Positions 26,249-43,600 are shown, numbered from the stretch's first letter. The stretch: 64,000 nt of DNA from Anthoceros angustus (GCA_010909165.1 MU008158.1:494581-558580); one strand, 5' to 3'. Numbers and translations: made by a program. The notes: generated by a model not told the origin, from the letters alone.

Positions 26249-29200
26249 ATGAGATTTAAACTTGATCTGGAAGACAGTGGCTCAGACGAAGCTCCATCAG
26301 ATTTGGAAAATCCAGCGAAAAGGGCTCGACATTCCATTCCAGAGGAACCAACCACGAGCACTATTAGCACGTCTGTATTGGAGAAGTCTCCAGAATTGGA
26401 GGTTTCAGTCATGGTGGTCCAAACGCATCTGAGTGGATTGGCAGATATTGATGAGGATTTGCACAGCAGGCAGCTGGCAGTTTATGGTCGGGAGACCATG
26501 CGGCGTCTGTTTGGTGTGAGTGTTCTCATATCAGGTCTCAAAGGACTAGGAGCAGAAATAGGTATGCCCAGACGAACTTGGTGGAGAGTTCCAGCCTGTA
26601 TGCCCTTTACTATTGACAGCCTCATAGTCGCATGATGAGTGGTGTGCAGCGAAGAATGTTATCTTGGCAGGGGTGAAAACTGTCACCTTGCATGACACAG
26701 GGGATGTTGAACTTGACAATCTTTCCGCCCAGTTTTACCTGTCGGAAACTGATATTGGGAGCAATAGAGCCTCTGCTTGTGCTGAGAGTCTAAGAGCACT
26801 CAATGCCTCAGTTGTTACAAATGTTCACAAAGATGAGATTACAGAGGAGTTTCTTGCAAACTTTCAGGTACGGATGGTTTCCTCAGTGTGTCTGTTGCTT
26901 CGGTTTGTTACTAAGTTTCTCAGTCTCAAATTTGTATGTTGGTGGTTGCTCAGGTAGTAGTCTTCACCAGTGTAAGGCTTGTTGATGCCTTGAAGTACAA
27001 TGATTATTGTCGCCGATGTGAACCTCCTATTTCCTTTATAAAGGCAGATGTGTGTGGAGTATTTGGCAGTGTATTCTGTGATTTCGGACCAGCCTTCACT
27101 GTCTTTGACACAGATGGAGAAGATCCACATTCAGCCATAATTGCTGCAATCAGCAATGGTGATCCGGCCATTGTCTCCTGTGTGGAAGATGACAGGTTGG
27201 AGTTTGAGGATGGTGATCTAGTTGTCTTTACAGAGGTCCAAGGGATGACTGAGCTGAACGACGGGAGGCCACGACGGATTAAGAATGTTAAACCCTACTC
27301 CTTTGTTCTAGATGATGATACTAGCAGGTTGTCAGAGTACAGGAGAGGGGGCATTGTGACTCAAATCAAGCAGCCCAAGATACTGCATTTCCTTCCACTT
27401 AAGGAGGCCCTGAAGGTTACGGGGAATTATCTTGTGAGTGATTTTTCCAAGTTTGATCGCTCCCCTTTGCTGCACTTGGCTTTTCAGGCTCTCGACTCCT
27501 TTATCTGCCATGCTGGCCACCCACCTCGTCCAGGATTTGATGAGGATGCAGAGAAGCTAATTGAGATTGCCAAACAATTGAACGAGAATGCAGAATCTGC
27601 TAAGCTTGAATCCATAGATGAAGTACTTCTGAAGCAGTTTGCTAGTGGAGCGTCTGCAGTTCTGAATCCAATGGCAGCCCTGTTTGGGGGCATAGTTGGG
27701 CAAGAGGTTGTCAAAGCTTGTTCTGGAAAATTTCATCCGATTTTCCAGGTATTTGCACCCAACTATAGTGCGTCTATCTTGTGAATTTTATATTACTGCT
27801 CAGTGACATCCTAGCAGGCTGACAAGCAAGAAAGCTTCTATTTCAAACTTGTTTTGTTGGTCCATCAGCAGATCTCACAAGTATCCTGGTAGCAGAGTCT
27901 CAACTGACTCACTTTGGTGTCTGTACTTGCAGTTCTTCTATTTTGATTCAGTTGAATCACTACCATCTGAGCCACTTGTTGTAGAGGATGTGAAGCCTTC
28001 ACGATATAATGCACAGATTTCTGTCTTTGGACACAAGTTGCAGCAGAAGCTGGAGGATGCAAACATATTTGTTGTTGGTGCTGGTGCTCTGGGCTGTGAA
28101 GTACTGAAGAACCTTGCATTGATGGGGGTATCATGTGGCAAAGGGAAGCTGACTATTGCTGATGACGATGTGATAGAGAAGAGTAATCTTAGCCGCCAAT
28201 TTCTCTTTCGTGACAGCAATATTGGTGAGGCAAAGTCAACAGTGGCCGTTTCAGCTGCTCTTTCTATAAACCCTTCGCTAAAAGCTGAGGCACTAGTAAC
28301 CCGTGTAAGCCTGAACTCTGAGAATAAGTTTAATGATGCATTCTGGGAGGGATTGGATGTGGTTATCAATGCACTAGATAATGTGGATGCCCGACTATAT
28401 GTGGACAGAAGGTGTGTATATTTCCAGAAACCTTTGTTGGAATCTGGAACTCTTGGGACAAAGTGTAATACACAAGTGGTCATCCCCCATGCGACAGAGA
28501 ACTATGGAGCATCCACAGATCCTCCTGAGAAGCAAGCTCCAATGTGCACCCTTCACTCATTTCCACATAATATATACCACTGTCTCACATGGGCACGTTC
28601 AGAGTTTGAAGGACTGATGGAGAAGACACCATCAGAGGCAAATGCGTACTTGGCAGATCCAGAAGGATACCTTCGATCTCTGAAAAGTGTAGGAGAGATG
28701 CAGGCAAAGGAGAGGTTACAAAGTGTCGTCGACTGCCTCATCAAAGAGAGGTGTGCAACATTTGAGGACTGCCTTGTTTGGGCAAGACACAGGTACGTAG
28801 TAAGCCGTGCAGCCTCTCTTTTTCCCATCTTTTGAACAAAACTGGCTGTTATATCCAATACATGTGCTATGTGCAGGTTTGAAGATTTTTTTGCCAGTCG
28901 TGTAAAGCAGCTCATTAGTACATTCCCAGAAGACGCTACTTCCAGCTCAGGAGCACCTTTCTGGTCAGCTCCAAAGCGCTTTCCAAAGCCACTAGAGTTC
29001 AACCTCTCTGACCAGACCTGCCGCTCATTCATTACAGCGGCAGCTATGTTAAGGGCTGAGATTTATCGCCTATCGGTTCCTCAGTGGGCTTCTGTTCCAA
29101 GTAAGCTAGCAGAATTTGTGGACGGGATTGAGGTTCCAGAGTACAAGCCAAAGCAAGCAGGAGCAGTTGCAAGAGAGGAGAATACATCAGGAAGCCAACT

Positions 29201-30059
29201 ACCTACAAGCACTGACAACGCAGGAGGAAGTGTCAGTGGCCAGGATGCAGACAGTGACAGCCCAATCGGGCAGCTAACAAGTGCACTGGAAGCAGCAGTC
29301 CACAAGCTTCCACTAGGATTCTCTATGAATCCAGTGATATTTGAGAAGGTAAGGCCCCACCATCATCACACTTCAAGAAACATGCTGGAGACCAAGACTT
29401 GACATCATTCTCCTCCTTGCCTGTAGGATGACGACTCCAACCATCACATGGACTTGATAGCTGGGCTTGCAAACCTGCGAGCCAAGAACTACAACATCCC
29501 TGAAGTCGACAAACTCAAGGCTAAACTGATTGCCGGGCGAATCATCCCGGCCATCGCCACCACCACAGCCATGGCAACAGGTCTAGTGTGCTTGGAGCTG
29601 TACAAGGTCTTCCTGGGGCACAGAATTGACATGTACAGAAACACATTTGCTAATCTGGCCTTGCCTCTGTTCTCCATGGCGGAACCTGTGTCAGCTAAGA
29701 CCATCAAGCATGCAGAGCTGTCCTGGTCGGTGTGGGATCGGTGGACCATCAGGGAAGACCTTTCCGTAAGGGAGCTGATAGACTGGTTTCAGGCAAAGGG
29801 GCTAACAGCGTACAGTGTGACTTGTGGGTCGACCTGCCTGTACAATTCGTATTTCCCAAAACACCGCGAGCGAATGGAACGAAAGCTTGTGGAGCTGGCT
29901 CGGGATGTGGCCAAGTTTCAGGTCTCCGCAAATCACAGGCACCTGGATCTGTCGGTGGGCTGCGAAGATGCCGACGGGAACGATGTGGAGGCCCCTCTTG
30001 TGTCCATCTCCTTGTTCGAGTCTGTTAACGATCTTCCACCTTCAGGTGACCGGGCATAG
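26249..30059 (+). CDS. UBA1: Ubiquitin-activating enzyme E1 (multi-exon)
   Basis: [33 protein letters not shown], catalytic [28 protein letters not shown] domain. Confidence 0.95.
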
Positions 30060-33000
30060 CGGTTGCTACAACTTGCAACTGCTTCCCTTCCCATATTGCT
30101 CCCAAAACGTGAAGTATGAAAATGCGAATTAATGAATTGGTTTCGTGAATCGTGAAACACGTAACACCAGTCTCGCGTACGTGATCGAAACGACATCCCA
30201 ACAACCATGCCGCGTTCACGAAAGTGGAGCACGCTCGAATTATAATTACGTGGGGAATTTTTCACGGCTCCCAAAAAAACTGCGCAGAGTGGCGGGAGAG
30301 GCCCTTTTGCTTTCTTTAGCTCATGGAAAGCCTGAGCTGGTGTTGAAGGAGAGGAATTCAGGAGTGGAGCTCGAAATGGTGGCAAGCAGCGTGAGACGTG
30401 CGGCAGGATGTTGTTGCAAGCGGGGAGCAAGCTCGGCGCGGAGTGCTGCTGTTCATTGCGACAAGAAATGACGGGGTTGCGCAATGCTTGGCAGAGCACG
30501 CAATTGGGCACGCTGGGAGCCTCGTGAGCACAGTCTAGGGTAGGTAGGCCTGGAGGAGAAAGCTTAGCCATGTTTATAAAGCAGGTGATCATCGAAGGAT
30601 TCAAGAGTTACAAGGAGCAGGTTGCTGCGGAGCCGTTTAGCCCCAAGCACAACTGCGTGGTCGGGGCAAATGGTTCGGGGAAGACTAATTTCTTCCACGC
30701 CATTCGGTTTGTGCTCAGTGATTTGTTCCATGATTTGCGGGCCGAGCACAGGCAGGCTCTCCTCCATGAAGGAGCCGGGCATCAGGTCATGTCCGCGTTT
30801 GTGGAGATTGTGTTTGATAACAGTGACAACCGAATGCCCGTGGACAGGGAGGAGGTGCGCCTGCGCCGGACCATCGGTTTGAAGAAGGATGAGTATTTTC
30901 TGGACAAGAAGCACATTACCAAGACTGAGGTGATGAATTTGCTGGAAAGTGCGGGTTTCTCGCGCTCCAACCCTTACTATGTGGTGCAGCAGGGGAAGAT
31001 TGCGTCGCTTACGCTGATGAAGGACGGGGAGCGGCTGGATCTTCTTAAGGAGATCGGTGGTACTCGCGTCTATGAGGAGCGCAGGAAAGAGAGTTTAAAG
31101 ATTTTGCAGGACACTGAGAACAGGAGGAGGCAGATTGTGGAGGTGGTTCAGTTTATCGAGGAGAGGCTCAAGGAGCTGGATGAGGAGAAGGAGGAGCTCC
31201 GGAAGTACCAGCTGCTTGATAAACAAAGGAGGTCGTTGGAATACACCATCTTTGAGAAGGAGCTGCTGGATGTTAGGCAGAAGCTGGATGAAACGGAAGA
31301 AGCCCGGCAAAAGGTTTCTGAGAAGTCCAGTAACATGTACAATAGCGTGCTGGAGTCACATGAACAGCTCAAAGACATGGAGAAGAGTTTGAAAAGCCTT
31401 GCCAAGGAGTTGCAAGCCGCGACCAAGGAGAAGGACTATGCAGAGAGGCAGAGGACGGAATCGCTTCGGAATTATGCTAAAGTGGAGTCAGATGTGCGAG
31501 ATATGGAGGACCGCATGAAGACGGAAGCAAGATCGAAGGATGAGATCGTGAGGGAGCTGAGAGCTCTGGAGAAAGAGATCCAGCGTTCCAGACAGGCCTT
31601 GGAAGAAGTCACTCCTCGCTATCAGCAGCTGGTACAGCAGGAAGACGAGATTGCCAAGGGTGTAGTATCCAGAGAGAAGGAGCTCAGTATTCTCTATCAG
31701 AAGCAGGGGCGTACGGCGCAGTTTGCCAACAAATCAGCTCGGGATAGCTTTCTTCGGAGGGAAGTTGATGACCTGAGGGATAACATCCGCTCAGCGAATG
31801 CTCAAGTACAGACGCTTCAGATTGAGATGGCGAAGCTGAATGAAGAGCTGGAAGGTCATACAGCTAGCGTAGGGAATTTCACCGCAATGCTTCAACAACT
31901 GGAGAGTTATGTTGCTCAAAGTGATGCGCAATTTGCTGCATTGAAAGCTGAAAGGGATAACATGCATGACGTACGAAAGAGTATGTGGAAACAGGAGAGT
32001 GATCTCTCGGAAGAAGTTGAGAGACTGAGATCAGAGACTCAGAAGGCTGAGAAAGCCTTGGAGCATGCGGCTCCCGGTGACATCAGGAGGGGACTTATGT
32101 CTATCCGGAGAATCTGCAAGGAACGCAACATCACAGGTGTGCATGGGCCCATCTTGGAACTGCTGGACTGTGATGAGAAGTTTTTCACGGCTGCTGAGGT
32201 GACAGCCGGAAATAGCTTGTATCACGTTGTCGTGGATTTTGACGAGATATCAACCAAGATTATTCATTACCTCAGCAAGGAGAAGGGTGGGAGGGTCACG
32301 TTCATGCCTCTGAACAGAGTCACCGCGCCACGGGTCAACTATCCCACAGGCCCTGACGTTGTTCCTCTCTTGAGTTGGTTGAAGTATGATCCCCTATATG
32401 CCCCAGCTTTTGCGCAGGTTTTTGGAAGGACTGTGATATGCCGTGACATGGAGGTTGCAACCAAGGTTGCTCGCACAGCTGAAGTAGACTGCATAACTCT
32501 CGAAGGTGACCAGGTTAGCAAGAAGGGAGGAATGACCGGTGGATTCTACGACTACAAGAGATCTAAACTGAAACTTCTTAGTGTCGTGCGGCAAAACACA
32601 AAAACGGTTGGCCTGAAGCAAGAAGAACTGGAGAAGGTTAGGGCATCTTTGCAGGAGCTTGATCAGAAAATCAATGGCGTCATGAGTGAACAGCAGAAGC
32701 TGGATGCAAGCAAAGGGCATAACAGGTCGCAATGTGACCAGCTGAGAAATGATATAAGTGCAGTGAAACGTGAAGAGGTCATGAAGCGTCGAGCTCTTGA
32801 GAGCAAGAAGAAGTTGATGGCGAATTCCTGGGAATTGATTAAACAGCTTGAGGCATCAATTGAACTCAAGCAAGGAGAGATGCAGACAGATCTTGTTGGT
32901 CAGTTGACGGATGAAGAAAGGCACCGCCTGTCATGTTTGAATCCGGAGATTACCTCCTTGAAGGAAGACCAGATTACGATCAGAGCAATGAGAATGGATG

Positions 33001-33854
33001 CTGAGATGAGAAAGGGTGAGCTGGAGACTCTTCTGTCAACCAACTTGGTGAAACGTCAAACAGAGCTGGAGGTCCAGCTTGCTGCAGTGGATCCGAAGAC
33101 GCTTGAGGCAGAACTTGAACAAAAGAGAGTGGAGTTGAGGAATGCTAAGGTCTCTGTCGACGAGGATACCCAACACTTGAAGACAATCACAGATCAGATT
33201 GATAAGCACAATCGACAGATACAGCACTTGAAGAGCTCTAAGGATGAGCTGAAGGCTTTGGAAAGCACCTATGAGCAGACTTTGCAGGATGAAGCAAAAG
33301 AGCTAGAGCAACTCCTTAGCAGACGGAACCTGCTTCAAACCAAGCGTGAGGACCTGATGAAAAAAATTCGTGACTTAGGCTCCCTCCCCTCCGATGCCTT
33401 TGAGAAGTATCAGCGGAAAGGACTAAAAGAGCTGCACAAAATGATCCATAGATGCAATGAACAGCTTAAGGCTTTCAGCCATGTGAACAAGAAGGCCCTC
33501 GACCAGTATGTCAATTTCACCGAGCAAAGAGAGGAGCTTCATTTGAGGCAAGCTGAACTGGATTCTGGCGATGAGAAGATCAGGGAACTCATATCAGTCC
33601 TGGATCAACGAAAAGATGAGTCTATTGAAAGGACATTCAAAGGTGTTGCAAAAAATTTCCGGGAAGCTTTTGCGGAGCTAGTTCCAGGCGGTCACGGATC
33701 ACTTGTGATGATGAAGAAGCGGAGAATGGATGAGGCAGAGGATGAGGATGCAGATGATGACTATCGGGAAGGGGATGCCGACAGAGTGGAGAAGTACATA
33801 GGTGTGAAAGTGAAGGTTTCATTTACGGGGCAGGGTGAGACACAGTCTATGAAA

Positions 33855-36348
<2,494 letters not shown>

Positions 36349-37605
36349 GATATAGGCATGGCAGACGCAGACAGGACGTACCCTGATGTTGGTGTAGTCT
36401 TGTTCAGTGGCTAATGCCCTGCCGAGGGTACCTGACATCATGTCACTCGTTGCTAGCACAACCTGAGCCAATGCACGTCAATCAAATTAGACAAGGAAAG
36501 CAGGCGAGCAACCAAGAGAACAGGCCCGGCAGCCTTGAAATAAGGACTCACCTTCATGAACTCTCCATCGATTTCAGACAGCAACTTGTGCACCTAATCC
36601 AACAACAGTTCGGAAACATCGAGGGCAAGATCAGTGTCATGTGTCTTATCAGGAACTTGAGCTGAGACGATCCTCTAGTTGCCAGGATTCACTCAGATCA
36701 GATAACACGGGAATATGATGAACTTCACCTTATGAACATCCTCCCTGCTGAACCCCATAAGAAGAAGTGCCTAGTGAAGCAACAAATACCATCAGCTTTT
36801 CCTACCATCTCTGGCAAACACAGGGCCATAACACTTCAAATACCAGCAAAGATGATGCTCAAGGCTTACTTACAGTTGGTCCAAAACATGGATCGTCAGC
36901 ATTGATGCGTGCGAACTTCGAGTCCTCGAGTACTTCGTTTGGAGCCTCTGCCAAAGGTGACTTCCACAGCTCAGAAAGGGACCCTGCTCGAGTAACGCAC
37001 TTGCAACCCAAATGCGGATAGTTCCTAGAAGAAACCCCCACCGTCAAACGCAGCAGCAGTTCTCCTCCAGGCAGCACCGCGTGCTGTCCATTGAGTCCTT
37101 TGCACACAGGACTTTGACGAATGGTATCTGCCAATTCCGCGATAGCCCAGAGGCCTCCAGCTCGACAGCATTACGATTTCTTGGGAGAGGCCATTGATGG
37201 GCAGGCGCATACATGAGCTCGGCTGGAAACACGAAGCCGCGTTCGCAGCCATAGCGACGCGAGGGGATTTGCCACCAACAGAAGGTGCACTCCTGAAAAC
37301 GTAAGCCACAGAAGACAGCTAAACGACACGTGCCCGTTCCAAGAGAAAAGAGTCACTCAGCCTCCATGGCAGACGAGCGAGTGGGGATCGTGGCAAGAGG
37401 TGGGCATTCTGCGAACTGGTGAGAGGGAAAACAAGAAGCAAAGATCGTTGAAGAGAACATTTCAATAAGGGTGGAAGAATGGCTCCCAGAAATGTTTCAA
37501 ACAGCAGGTCTACAATGCCTGGCTCTGCTCTCAAGTGAGAATATGTACATCAAATACATGACACAGCCAGTGGTGTCACAAAAGCGGACCAGTCGCCCGC
37601 CCGCC

Positions 37606-38481
37606 CTATCGGGCATTGCCATAGCTCTGATAATAGCGGCTGCCTCGACCCTGGCCTGGAGATGAAGAAACCTGTGCAGACATGAGCTTTCTGACCTTGC
37701 TCTTCTCCTGTTCCTCTCGCTTTAACCTCTCTGATCTGAGTTCTTCAACCGTCTTCCGCTTATTCGCTTCTGCAGGCACGAGGATACAAAACATATGAGA
37801 CGCATAATCTAGCACCCTAAGAACCGGATCTTTAACAGAGCAAATACGCCAGCACAGGATGAAGGATAAAAAAAAACTCCGAAACACCGAAAAGCACTCA
37901 ACACAACACTTACGAGATCGAGACGGTGCACGGCAGGACTCATCTTCATCCTCCGACTCACCATCGTCTGCCCTACTCAGCACGAAACTCTTGGTGAGAT
38001 ACCAAGGCCTCTTGGCATTCTTGCCTACAGTCCCATACCCGAACCTATACTGCTCATCGCTTGCATCCACAGGTTCCTGCCTCCCTTTCCCCTCTTTCCG
38101 CCTGCCCTCATCGTCCTTCCTTTTGCGGTCTACGGGCTTAGTCGCGGCCCCCGTCTGTCTCTCCTCCACGTCCTTGAACAGGTTAATGTGCTCGATCTTC
38201 ACCACCTGGATGGAAGCAGGCCCAGGTTCGCCGCCCTGGCTGCCCTCCCCTGCATCACCGCCGCGGTCTGCGCCGTCGCCAACGGACAAGCGCTTGGCGT
38301 GTGCGATCTCCCGCAGCTTCTCCAAGCGGAACTCAGAGTCCCTCTGTCGGGCAAGGCGCTGCGCCTGCTGCTCCTGCCGAGCTGCCTCCTCCTCATCCTT
38401 GCGCACCCGCTCCCGATTGTCGAAATTGTACACGTTCCACCGCTTCTGCGGCAGAATATTTAACCCGCCGTGCCCTCCCAT
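37606..38481 (-). CDS. LENG1: CIR-N domain protein, LENG1-like (probably one short intron near 37775-37900)
   Basis: MGGHGGLNILPQKRWNVYNFDNRERVRKDE; HINLF; PWY; KTVEELRSERLKREEQE; YYQSYGNA. Confidence 0.8.
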   Translation of the reverse strand: MGGHGGLNILPQKRWNVYNFDNRERVRKDEEEAARQEQQAQRLARQRDSEFRLEKLREIAHAKRLSVGDGADRGGDAGEGSQGGEPGPASIQVVKIEHINLFKDVEERQTGAATKPVDRKRKDDEGRRKEGKGRQEPVDASDEQYRFGYGTVGKNAKRPWYLTKSFVLSRADDGESEDEDESCRAPSRSRKCCVECFSVFRSFFLSFILCWRICSVKDPVLRVLDYASHMFCILVPAEANKRKTVEELRSERLKREEQEKSKVRKLMSAQVSSSPGQGRGSRYYQSYGNAR

Positions 38482-39949
38482 CCTCACTGCATCGCAAGGC
38501 CGCCTTGGGTCGGAAGTTTTACTCCTTCCAGTGCCCGTCACAGAGTTTATAAGAAATTCCCTCGATGGTATAAGAATTCCCACGTAACATATGGTCTCCG
38601 TTAGAATGCTTTTAGTCTGCATAAGCTACATAAGCTGTATTTGTTCGTTTAGCGAACCAAGGACATGGATATGTTTAAAAAGCGTGTAGGTAGCATGAAT
38701 GAATAGGTGTCTAAATATTTTTTAAGTTAGTAAGTAGGCTTTCTGTATTTAGTAAAAACTATTTATAATTTATTTAATTTTTATTTTATATTAATATACT
38801 CATTCATATATGATCCATTCATACAACTTATTAGAGATCTAATTATGTTTCTTGATCTAACATAAAGTTACTACCTTGTACAGTTTCTGTAATTCCAGAC
38901 GTTCATACTTTAGGTTCTTGTTTGGTACGCATAGTTTCCGACTCTTGACTACTGAATTGTAAATGTAATTTTAGATGTTCATACTTTAGGTTCTTGTTTG
39001 GTACGCATGGGTTGGGACTCTTGCAATACTCAATTGTGAAAGAAGCTCCTTGCATGTAGGCTGAACTTGCCCAAAACTCGACTTCAGCATGTAAACAACA
39101 AAACGTAATGCATGCCACTTACCTTTCTTTTTTGCTAGAGTCGGCCAAAACCACCAAGTCCATGCTTGGTGGTATGTCAAAACAACCATGCTTGGTTGTT
39201 TGGTGACCCGTGCCACATTGGCATGGTCTTTGCCAGCCGTTCTATACCCTATTACACATATCGGGCCGGTGAACATGATGAGGTCGTATATCACTCTTTA
39301 TTCATCACTTGTCGCTTCACACGCCATGACCTTCTCATGCCGTAGGGTTCCACAAATCGCGCTCATCACCACATCACTGCTGATGGTTAGGTGCAATCAT
39401 TTCTCACCTTTCTTCTCAAGTTGTTGTTCAAAATGTTGAATTTGCTAGCCACATCAAGACGCTCCTTCATGTAGAGTACCCGAGAGCAAACATTCATGAG
39501 GAGCCAAGCCCCAACCAACAAAAGTACTCAAGCAATCAGTCCGATGGTGAGAGTGCCTTTCCGTCATTATTCTTGACTTCTCACTAAAGACCAAGCTTCT
39601 GAAGTGTCTTTGTGTGCTTACAAGAGAATCGCAAGGTTGGTAGCAAGCCGACACTCACCACAAATCAACTGCCTTGCCATTGAGAGCACACAAGCGGTGC
39701 GAAATGATCACCTGCCATAGTCGTTTCTTACTCAAGAGCCAATTCCCGAGCCAACTCCTGTACAGAAGAGACGGAAAACCGTGAAAGGATCAACTCACGC
39801 GGAGAACACGGACATGCCACCACGGACTTCCACTGATTCTTGTGCAGAAGGTATTCCCATGTTTGAAGAGCGTAGAAGGTGGGATGAAAGAATGTTGTTG
39901 GTGTTGGACCAACACCAAATGGCATGTTGGACCAACCCTACCAGGTAGC

Positions 39950-40686
39950 CTGTCGTAGGAAAGACATGGTAAAGCACAAAGAAGGCAATACAAATGAAAA
40001 AGCCACAAGTGATGATGTTATGTGGTAAGCAATCACTGCTGCTTGTGCAACTCTGTGAGTGTATTGGACAGCAAAGCAGTGCCACGATAAGTGGTTGTCC
40101 TGCATGCACAGTATAACAATTGCATGCAACAGTACAACAAGATTGCAGACAGGGAAAGAGATCTCATTTAGGCAAGAGTTCCTATTGGAGTATGGACACA
40201 AGGAGAGCGAGGGTGCCAAAGTCATTCTGTCACTCTATGTATGATGCTAGTCATGAATTTATGGCTAACAAGACTGTCAATCCTAGTAATACCATGGACT
40301 CCAGCAGATCTTGGTCATCATAAGGGGAAGACATGGAGGACTTTGAATTGTATGGATAGACTGGCCAGGCCAAAGAAGACACTAGTGCAGAAACATCAGT
40401 TGCCGCAACGGGCATGAAAATGAAAGCACAAAATGGTAATGCCACGTCTGGTTTCTTACTTGTTTTGGAAAAGAACAATACAGTATTTGTGAATGGCGCA
40501 AAATTTGCTGAAGAGCAATTGCAAGTGCAACATGCAAAGCAAATGGCACTCGAACAAGATAAGCTTGAAGTCTTAGCCAAGAGTAAGGATAAGAAAATCC
40601 AGCATCACAGTGAAATAAGTCAAGGTGTAGTGACAGTTATAACAGAGATATTAGCTTCTATTAAGAGCGTGGAGAGCACATGGTGA
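39950..40686 (+). pseudogene. Degenerate Myb/SANT-like (trihelix, ASR3/SH4-like) ORF, possibly a Harbinger-type transposon relic
   Basis: Frameshifted fragments YWTAKQCHDKW, YNKIAD.E, GKSSYWSMD..RVPKSF..MYDA.HEF, and a coiled-coil-like tail; AT-rich flanks. Confidence 0.45.
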
Positions 40687-43600
40687 AAATGAGACGCTTT
40701 CAAAGGTCTCAACCAATTGTAACAGAACTTGTATGATGGACGGTATTGTTATCACAATGGATATGCCACTATATGCATGGAATCCATCCTCCTATAACAC
40801 AATAAGAAAAAAGTAATTAATAAGTAAAATTTAAAAATATAACATAATATAAGAATAAAAATAAACCTAAAATGGGCAGAGGGTCTCCAAGCCCCGAGAC
40901 CAAGGCGCCTTATCCTTGCAGAATGAGTGTGGGAATGATGGAACTAACATGTAAGTTGAAACCCTAAAATGGCCTGGCGAACGAGAAAATCACATCGAAA
41001 CGGCCATGGCCGAAGCCACTGGTCACCGTAGGTCATCACTATTATGGTTACTGCTTAGGTGATGGTCATTATTTACGGAATGACTGCGACCAAGTATGGG
41101 CATGCGAATGTGAGTCCCAACCCGGGCCGTAATTTGCGGACTAAGTTCATAACCATGAGAAGTGGCCCTTAGTTGTGGAGAACCAAACAAATGGGACCTC
41201 CATCCCAATGTTGATCCGCTGAGATTGTTTTGGTGATAATCTGATCGATTTGATTAGAATAAAAAAATCAGTTAGAAACTTTGGACAGAGAAAGCTCAAA
41301 GGTCTACAAAGATGAGTAAAAACCAACAATAAATCAAAGCCGAAAAGCTATTGAAGAAAAAACTATATTTGTAATTGAGAAAATGTTACGACGACATCTG
41401 AAGCCTACCAATTCCGCTTCCAAAAAATTGAATAGGAATGTGGAATGTGAAGTATATAGGTGGAATGTGCACTTTTAGCTAAATAGCTTTGTCGAAAATT
41501 GCTCCACAATTAGTGAGCAGTAAAACAAGAAAGTTGAACCTCAATCTTCTCCACATGACTACAAACGTGATGTCCCAACAAGTTGCAAAGCTGCTCTGCT
41601 TTGGAGAAATATTTAACTGCTACATAGCCTAAGTTCTATTACCCTGAACCAGTTGGGATGTTAGTTTGATCTGTGCAGAATCATTCACATATATGTATGC
41701 ACAAAACACCTTGCACATGTGGACCTAACTCGTCCACTTATTTGTTCTTCACCATGCTCCAGTTGTTCGGCTCTCGAGCAAGGCATTTTTTTGAAAGCAG
41801 TCCATAAAATGAAAAACGACGCAAAACTTAACCGCCAACTCAAAAAACGAATTGAAAGGCTATTAAGACCATAATGTAACTAACCTTCGAAGACAATATG
41901 AGAATTCCATGTGCTACTTGTTAATTAGATAAATATTTATTTATTTAATTAGCTCAAAAAATCCAATGTGCACATATCGTTTGATAATATTGCTATATTT
42001 AGGGATCTATCATTGTACATGTTAATTTTAATATGCAGAGGGACGCAACAACATGTATAGTTGTGTTTGTAGGACGTCATTGATCGGTGGAGAATGCGCC
42101 TTGCCCCCAACTAAGGAGCAAGTTGTGAGATATTGTTTACTGTCATGGCCCTAATATCTTTGCAACCAATTGCAAGGTTTTCACATCTAGCCGAGCACGC
42201 AAGTCTTCTACAACCTCCCTTGACTAGGTGTGAGGGTCATCTACAAGCTTCATTGGTGCTCAGGCCCTCGGCTCCCTGGGTGTAGGGGTCCTCTACAAGA
42301 TCCCCTTCAAAGGTGCACTGTCCCCTCGAGCCTTTCTATCTCCCTCACTCCTCTACATATCAATACAAATAGTTCGGTACTTAGAAAATGGAGCAATTTA
42401 TTCGATGGTTCAAGAGAGGTGAAGTGTGCATAAGCCCTTCTTATGCTTAGTTCTCTCAAAAATTTTCCTAACATTTTGCTTTTTTTGGTTCTAAGCACCT
42501 TGTGAGGGCTGTGATGTGAGCCATCTCACACTAGCTAGTATTGTAGAGTGAATTAATTCTCCTCCTCGCGCATCTAATTTTGGGTTTTTCTCCAAAACAT
42601 CCACAATCAAACCATATTGTGTTAGGTTACCAGCCATATTGAATTGCAAATACTTGTAAGTCAGCTTGACGAACATTTTGTAGATTTTGTAGGACTATTT
42701 CAGCATATAGGTTGTTCGGTATTGAGTTGGTAAAAGTGAGGGACATAATGTTGTATCGATATGGGAACAACTTATTTTGACCAGAGCGGCAACGTAAGCA
42801 TTTATCCACTAGATGTTCCAATGGATTTGCCTTATTGTACCGTAGGACGTCATAGAGGTCTATCAAATATCTATGATAGATCTTTGGTACATCATAATCT
42901 AGCTCTACATATCTTGTTTGTATAAGTTTTAAATGAATTTTGATCCCATACTTGTTCATTCAATGAAAAATACTACAAGTTAAGAAATACTTTTGCTAAT
43001 TGTTGTGCTGAGTAATTTGACTTGAATATATCAATTATGAAAACTGTACCTCCAACTCATTCATACATTGGAATATTTCTTGCCTAGGATCATCTTCTAC
43101 TAAAGTACATGACTTTGTACAACTCTCCAACTTTATATAAACTTAAAACCTGCAGCACACTTGGCTTAATAGAAAGTTACTTGGTAGATAGATATAGGTA
43201 TTAATTGTTTTTTTAAAATAAAATCAAGGATATATTTGTATTGCGATTGCAGGTGGAAGGGAAATTGGCCAACTGTTGTCTCTATTGTATGGGGCCTCTC
43301 TTTTAGGATTGTACCATACTTCTGTCTCGAAAATGTAGTGACAAGCAATAATTCAAAAATTCGACTACGCTAAATGAAAAAATGGAAGGGACGGTGAGGG
43401 AGGTGGCGGTTAGCGTTGAGCTGGCACGCACTTGGAAAAGGCTGCCATGGCGCAAGCAGGCAGTCAGCGTTGCCAGCCTCGGGCCCCGTCCAGTCTCTCT
43501 TTTCCGTTCCCTTCGTTCTTTTCTCTTTCTTTAACTTGGTTCATACTTTCCCGTTCCTTTCCACGGCCTCCGTTCCCCGCAAGCTCTCGCATGGCCCGAC

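Noticed and set aside
37859-38587. 242-aa antisense ORF over the LENG1-like gene
   Set aside because: Low-complexity shadow of the sense coding strand
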